DNA of 64,000 nucleotides from Nannocystis radixulma. GTDB taxonomy: Bacteria; Myxococcota_A; Polyangia; Nannocystales; Nannocystaceae. Shown here one piece after another: positions 62,030-64,000 of the stretch. Under the pieces are notes generated by a model. That model worked only from the letters and a program-made list of their open reading frames with translations, searched no databases and had not been told where the DNA came from. Both the position numbers and the translations under genes were made by a program. Where the stretch lies: the NCBI RefSeq assembly GCF_028369095.1, contig NZ_JAQNDN010000024.1, positions 409,350 through 473,349 on the forward strand, read 5' to 3'. Every line of letters starts with the position of its first letter. The first letter of the stretch is position 1.

Positions 62030-62122
62030 GGGTCTCGAAACGTCTCCATGTCTTGGAGGACATGCCCTATCGAGCATGCTTCATTAAGCATGTCGAATCG
62101 AACATGCTCGATGCGACATCAG
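62030..62122. repeat. 14-bp-period palindromic repeat array (6-7 units) immediately downstream of the permease gene and next to hairpin-element copy B
   Basis: ATG centres at 62048, 62062, 62076, 62090 and 62104, exactly 14 bp apart: tCCATGTCtt / gGACATGCCc / gaGCATGCTt / aaGCATGTCg / gaACATGCTc. Confidence 0.7.
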
Positions 62123-62610
62123 GCGCGCCCGAGGCGGACGAGGGCCTGGGCGGTGTAGCCGGCGGCGAAGGGGAGCAGGCAGGAGGCGACGATGCGGAGG
62201 GCGGCGAGGCGGCCGCCGTAGATGCCGATCTCCATCGGGACGCGGAGGAGCGGCAGGAGGGCCATGCTGGTGAGGTAGGTGACGAGGACGCCGACGCCGG
62301 CGCCGGCCTTGAGGAGGCCGGCCGCGAGCGGCATGCCGAGGAGGCCGCCGCCGGGGGTCAGGGCGCCGGCGAACCAGGCGACGAGGTGGCCGCGCGGGCC
62401 GGCGGCGTCGCTGAGCCAGCGCTCGACGAAGCCGGCGGGCAACAGGGCCTCGGCCATGCCGGCGAGCAAGAACGCGACCACGAGGATCGGCATCATCGCC
62501 AGGAAGGTGCGGCCCGAGCGCTGGAGGCCGTCGACGAACACGCCCTGCATGGCCGCGAGCGCGCCGAGGACGAGCAGCGTGGCGCCGAGCAGGATGAGGG
62601 CGATCTTCAT
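62119..62610 (-). CDS. Small integral membrane protein, putative permease
   Basis: 163 aa, about 5 hydrophobic helices. Confidence 0.5.
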   Translation of the reverse strand: MKIALILLGATLLVLGALAAMQGVFVDGLQRSGRTFLAMMPILVVAFLLAGMAEALLPAGFVERWLSDAAGPRGHLVAWFAGALTPGGGLLGMPLAAGLLKAGAGVGVLVTYLTSMALLPLLRVPMEIGIYGGRLAALRIVASCLLPFAAGYTAQALVRLGRA

Positions 62611-62619
62611 GGCCTTGTC

Positions 62620-62686
62620 TCCGTGGAGATGCTGAATGTGTTTGAATGGACAGGTCCAGAAGGACCTGGTGCAGAGGCCATGTCAG
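62620..62686. repeat. 14-bp-period palindromic repeat array (about 5 units) in the 5' region of the permease gene
   Basis: Centres at 62624, 62638, 62652, 62666 and 62680: CCGTGGAG / AATGTGTT / GGACAGGTCC / GGACCTGGT / GGCCATGTCA. Confidence 0.55.
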
Positions 62687-62716
62687 CGCGGCCGTGGGTG
62701 ACGGGTGCAGCGGCGT

Positions 62717-64000
62717 TCATGGGGCGTCCTCCGCGAGCACTTCGACGATGCCGCGGCTGCCGTCGACGCGCAGGCGCTGGCCGGACTTGAGGCGGCGGGT
62801 GCCGTCGCCGACGCCGACGACGGCGGGGATGCCGTACTCGCGGGCGATGACGGAGCCGTGGGTCATCATGCCGCCGACGTCGCACACGAGGCCGGCGGCG
62901 TGGACGAACAGGGGGGTCCAGCCGGGATCGGTGTAGGGGGCGACGAGGATCTCGCCGGCGCGCAGGACCTGGGCGGCGGGGTCGAGGACGACGTGGGCGA
63001 TGCCCTCGACGACGCCGGCGCTGGCGCCGAGGCCGGCGAGGGCGCCGGGCGGCAGGTCCTTCGGGACAGGTCGCTCGGGGATCTCGCCCTCGCTGGTGAC
63101 GAGCAGCGGAGGGTTGGTGTGGCGGGCGTGTTCGAGGTCGGCGCGACGGGCCGCGATCGTCGGGCGCGGGTCGAGGGCCCGCGGATCGTCGGCGAGGGCG
63201 ATGAGCTCGTCGTAGGTCAGGAACCACACGTCGTCGACGGCGTCGAGCCGGCCGGCGCGTACCAGCGATTCGGCGGCGGCGCGCACGGTGGCGCGCACGT
63301 GCTCGAAGCACTGCACGAACAAATACTTGGGATGCTCGCGCACGCCGAGGCAGTGGCGCACGCACTGGACCTGACGGCGCACCCACCAGCGCGCCGGGCC
63401 CGGCGTCGTGGCGGTGACGAGGCGCTGCGCGGCGGCCTCGCCCTCGGCCTGGAGGACGGCGAAGTGCTCGCGGTGCTTGCCGGGGGCGTCGCCGTGGCTG
63501 GCCATGCCGCGGATGCTGGTGAGCAGCAGGGTGGGGTCGTCGGCCCAGCGCGGGCGGCCGATGTCGATCTCGGCCTGACCGCGCATGCCGAAGCGGGCGA
63601 GGAAGGCGGTGAAGGCGTCGACGAAGGCGGGACCGCCGGAGAGGTCGCGGAGGGCCCGGAGGTCGCCATTGCGGACGTGGGCGAGGGCGGCGAGCAGCTC
63701 GGGGTGCGGGCGCACGAGGTCGGCGAGGTCGCCGACGCGGAGGTCCATCTCGGTGGTGACGTTGCCGACGAGGCCGCGCTGCAGGGCCTCGACGTCGCCG
63801 GCGCGCGCGGTGCCGGCGAAGCGACGACGCAGGCGGCCGAGGCTGAGCATGCCGCTGACGAGGCGCGGGGCGATCTTCGGCATGACGGTGAAGACCGTGG
63901 TCAGCTCGTGCCGGGCGGCGCGCAGGCGGGCGGCGCCGGGCGGCTGGGCGGCGACGGCGGTGCGGAAGGCGGCGACGCGATCGGCGATCAGGCGATCGGC
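62717..64000 (-). CDS. PEP-utilising enzyme (PEP synthase / rifampicin-phosphotransferase-like family); C-terminal part with the mobile His domain, the N-terminal part lies beyond the window end
   Basis: GGMMTHGSVIAREYGIPAVVG is the PEP-utilisers mobile-domain signature. The reading frame stays open past position 64000. Confidence 0.7.
   Translation of the reverse strand, partial: ADRLIADRVAAFRTAVAAQPPGAARLRAARHELTTVFTVMPKIAPRLVSGMLSLGRLRRRFAGTARAGDVEALQRGLVGNVTTEMDLRVGDLADLVRPHPELLAALAHVRNGDLRALRDLSGGPAFVDAFTAFLARFGMRGQAEIDIGRPRWADDPTLLLTSIRGMASHGDAPGKHREHFAVLQAEGEAAAQRLVTATTPGPARWWVRRQVQCVRHCLGVREHPKYLFVQCFEHVRATVRAAAESLVRAGRLDAVDDVWFLTYDELIALADDPRALDPRPTIAARRADLEHARHTNPPLLVTSEGEIPERPVPKDLPPGALAGLGASAGVVEGIAHVVLDPAAQVLRAGEILVAPYTDPGWTPLFVHAAGLVCDVGGMMTHGSVIAREYGIPAVVGVGDGTRRLKSGQRLRVDGSRGIVEVLAEDAP

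Noticed and set aside
55657-62790. ORFs 55657..57807 (-), 58204..59949 (-) and 60724..62790 (+, 688 aa)
   Set aside because: Antisense to the TetR, MBL-like, vWA and hypothetical genes. Shared peptide segments among them simply reflect the two copies of the 255-bp hairpin element and the palindromic arrays being translated.

Overview
64 kb of very high-GC (~70%) bacterial chromosome, most likely from a Myxococcota-type organism. The evidence is about fifteen secreted lipoproteins with an L-x-A-C-G-D-D/S-G lipobox followed by Thr/Ser/Gly/Asp-rich low-complexity linkers, a fibro-slime/PA14-like domain protein, FG-GAP and NHL beta-propeller lipoproteins, and an ERG4/ERG24-family sterol reductase. 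About 55 plausible genes are supported. Housekeeping and DNA repair: a coupled lhr-nei operon, rpiA, pcm, prs and nadE. Other enzymes: an IucA/IucC ligase, PQQ sugar dehydrogenase fused to c-type haem motifs, a PHM-like Cu monooxygenase, M28 peptidase, delta-9 desaturase and a PEP-utilising enzyme. Regulators: ArsR, two TetR and a LysR, with recognisable ArsR and TetR operators. Many of the long listed ORFs are antisense or alternative-frame artefacts of the GC content and are rejected. No rRNA, tRNA or CRISPR was found.

Two repeat systems stand out that gene annotation does not explain. (1) A dispersed family of short arrays with a strict 14-bp period, unit approximately GGACATGTCC plus a 4-nt spacer (often GAAG), at 25 or more loci. 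They sit in intergenic regions at 10 of about 14 convergent gene junctions; every such junction with an intergenic gap of about 35 bp or more carries one. They also lie across start codons and signal-peptide coding regions, and, remarkably, in-frame inside several coding regions. This array family is the main candidate for a previously undescribed system here. (2) Two inverted copies, about 90% identical, of a ~255-bp element carrying a perfect 25-bp-stem hairpin with compensatory substitutions, which bracket a two-gene cassette.

Other notable items are a TAXI-type periplasmic binding domain fused to a 2-TM pore and RCK domains, with a separate RCK partner gene (a putative ligand-gated channel), and an orphan beta-class DNA methyltransferase.
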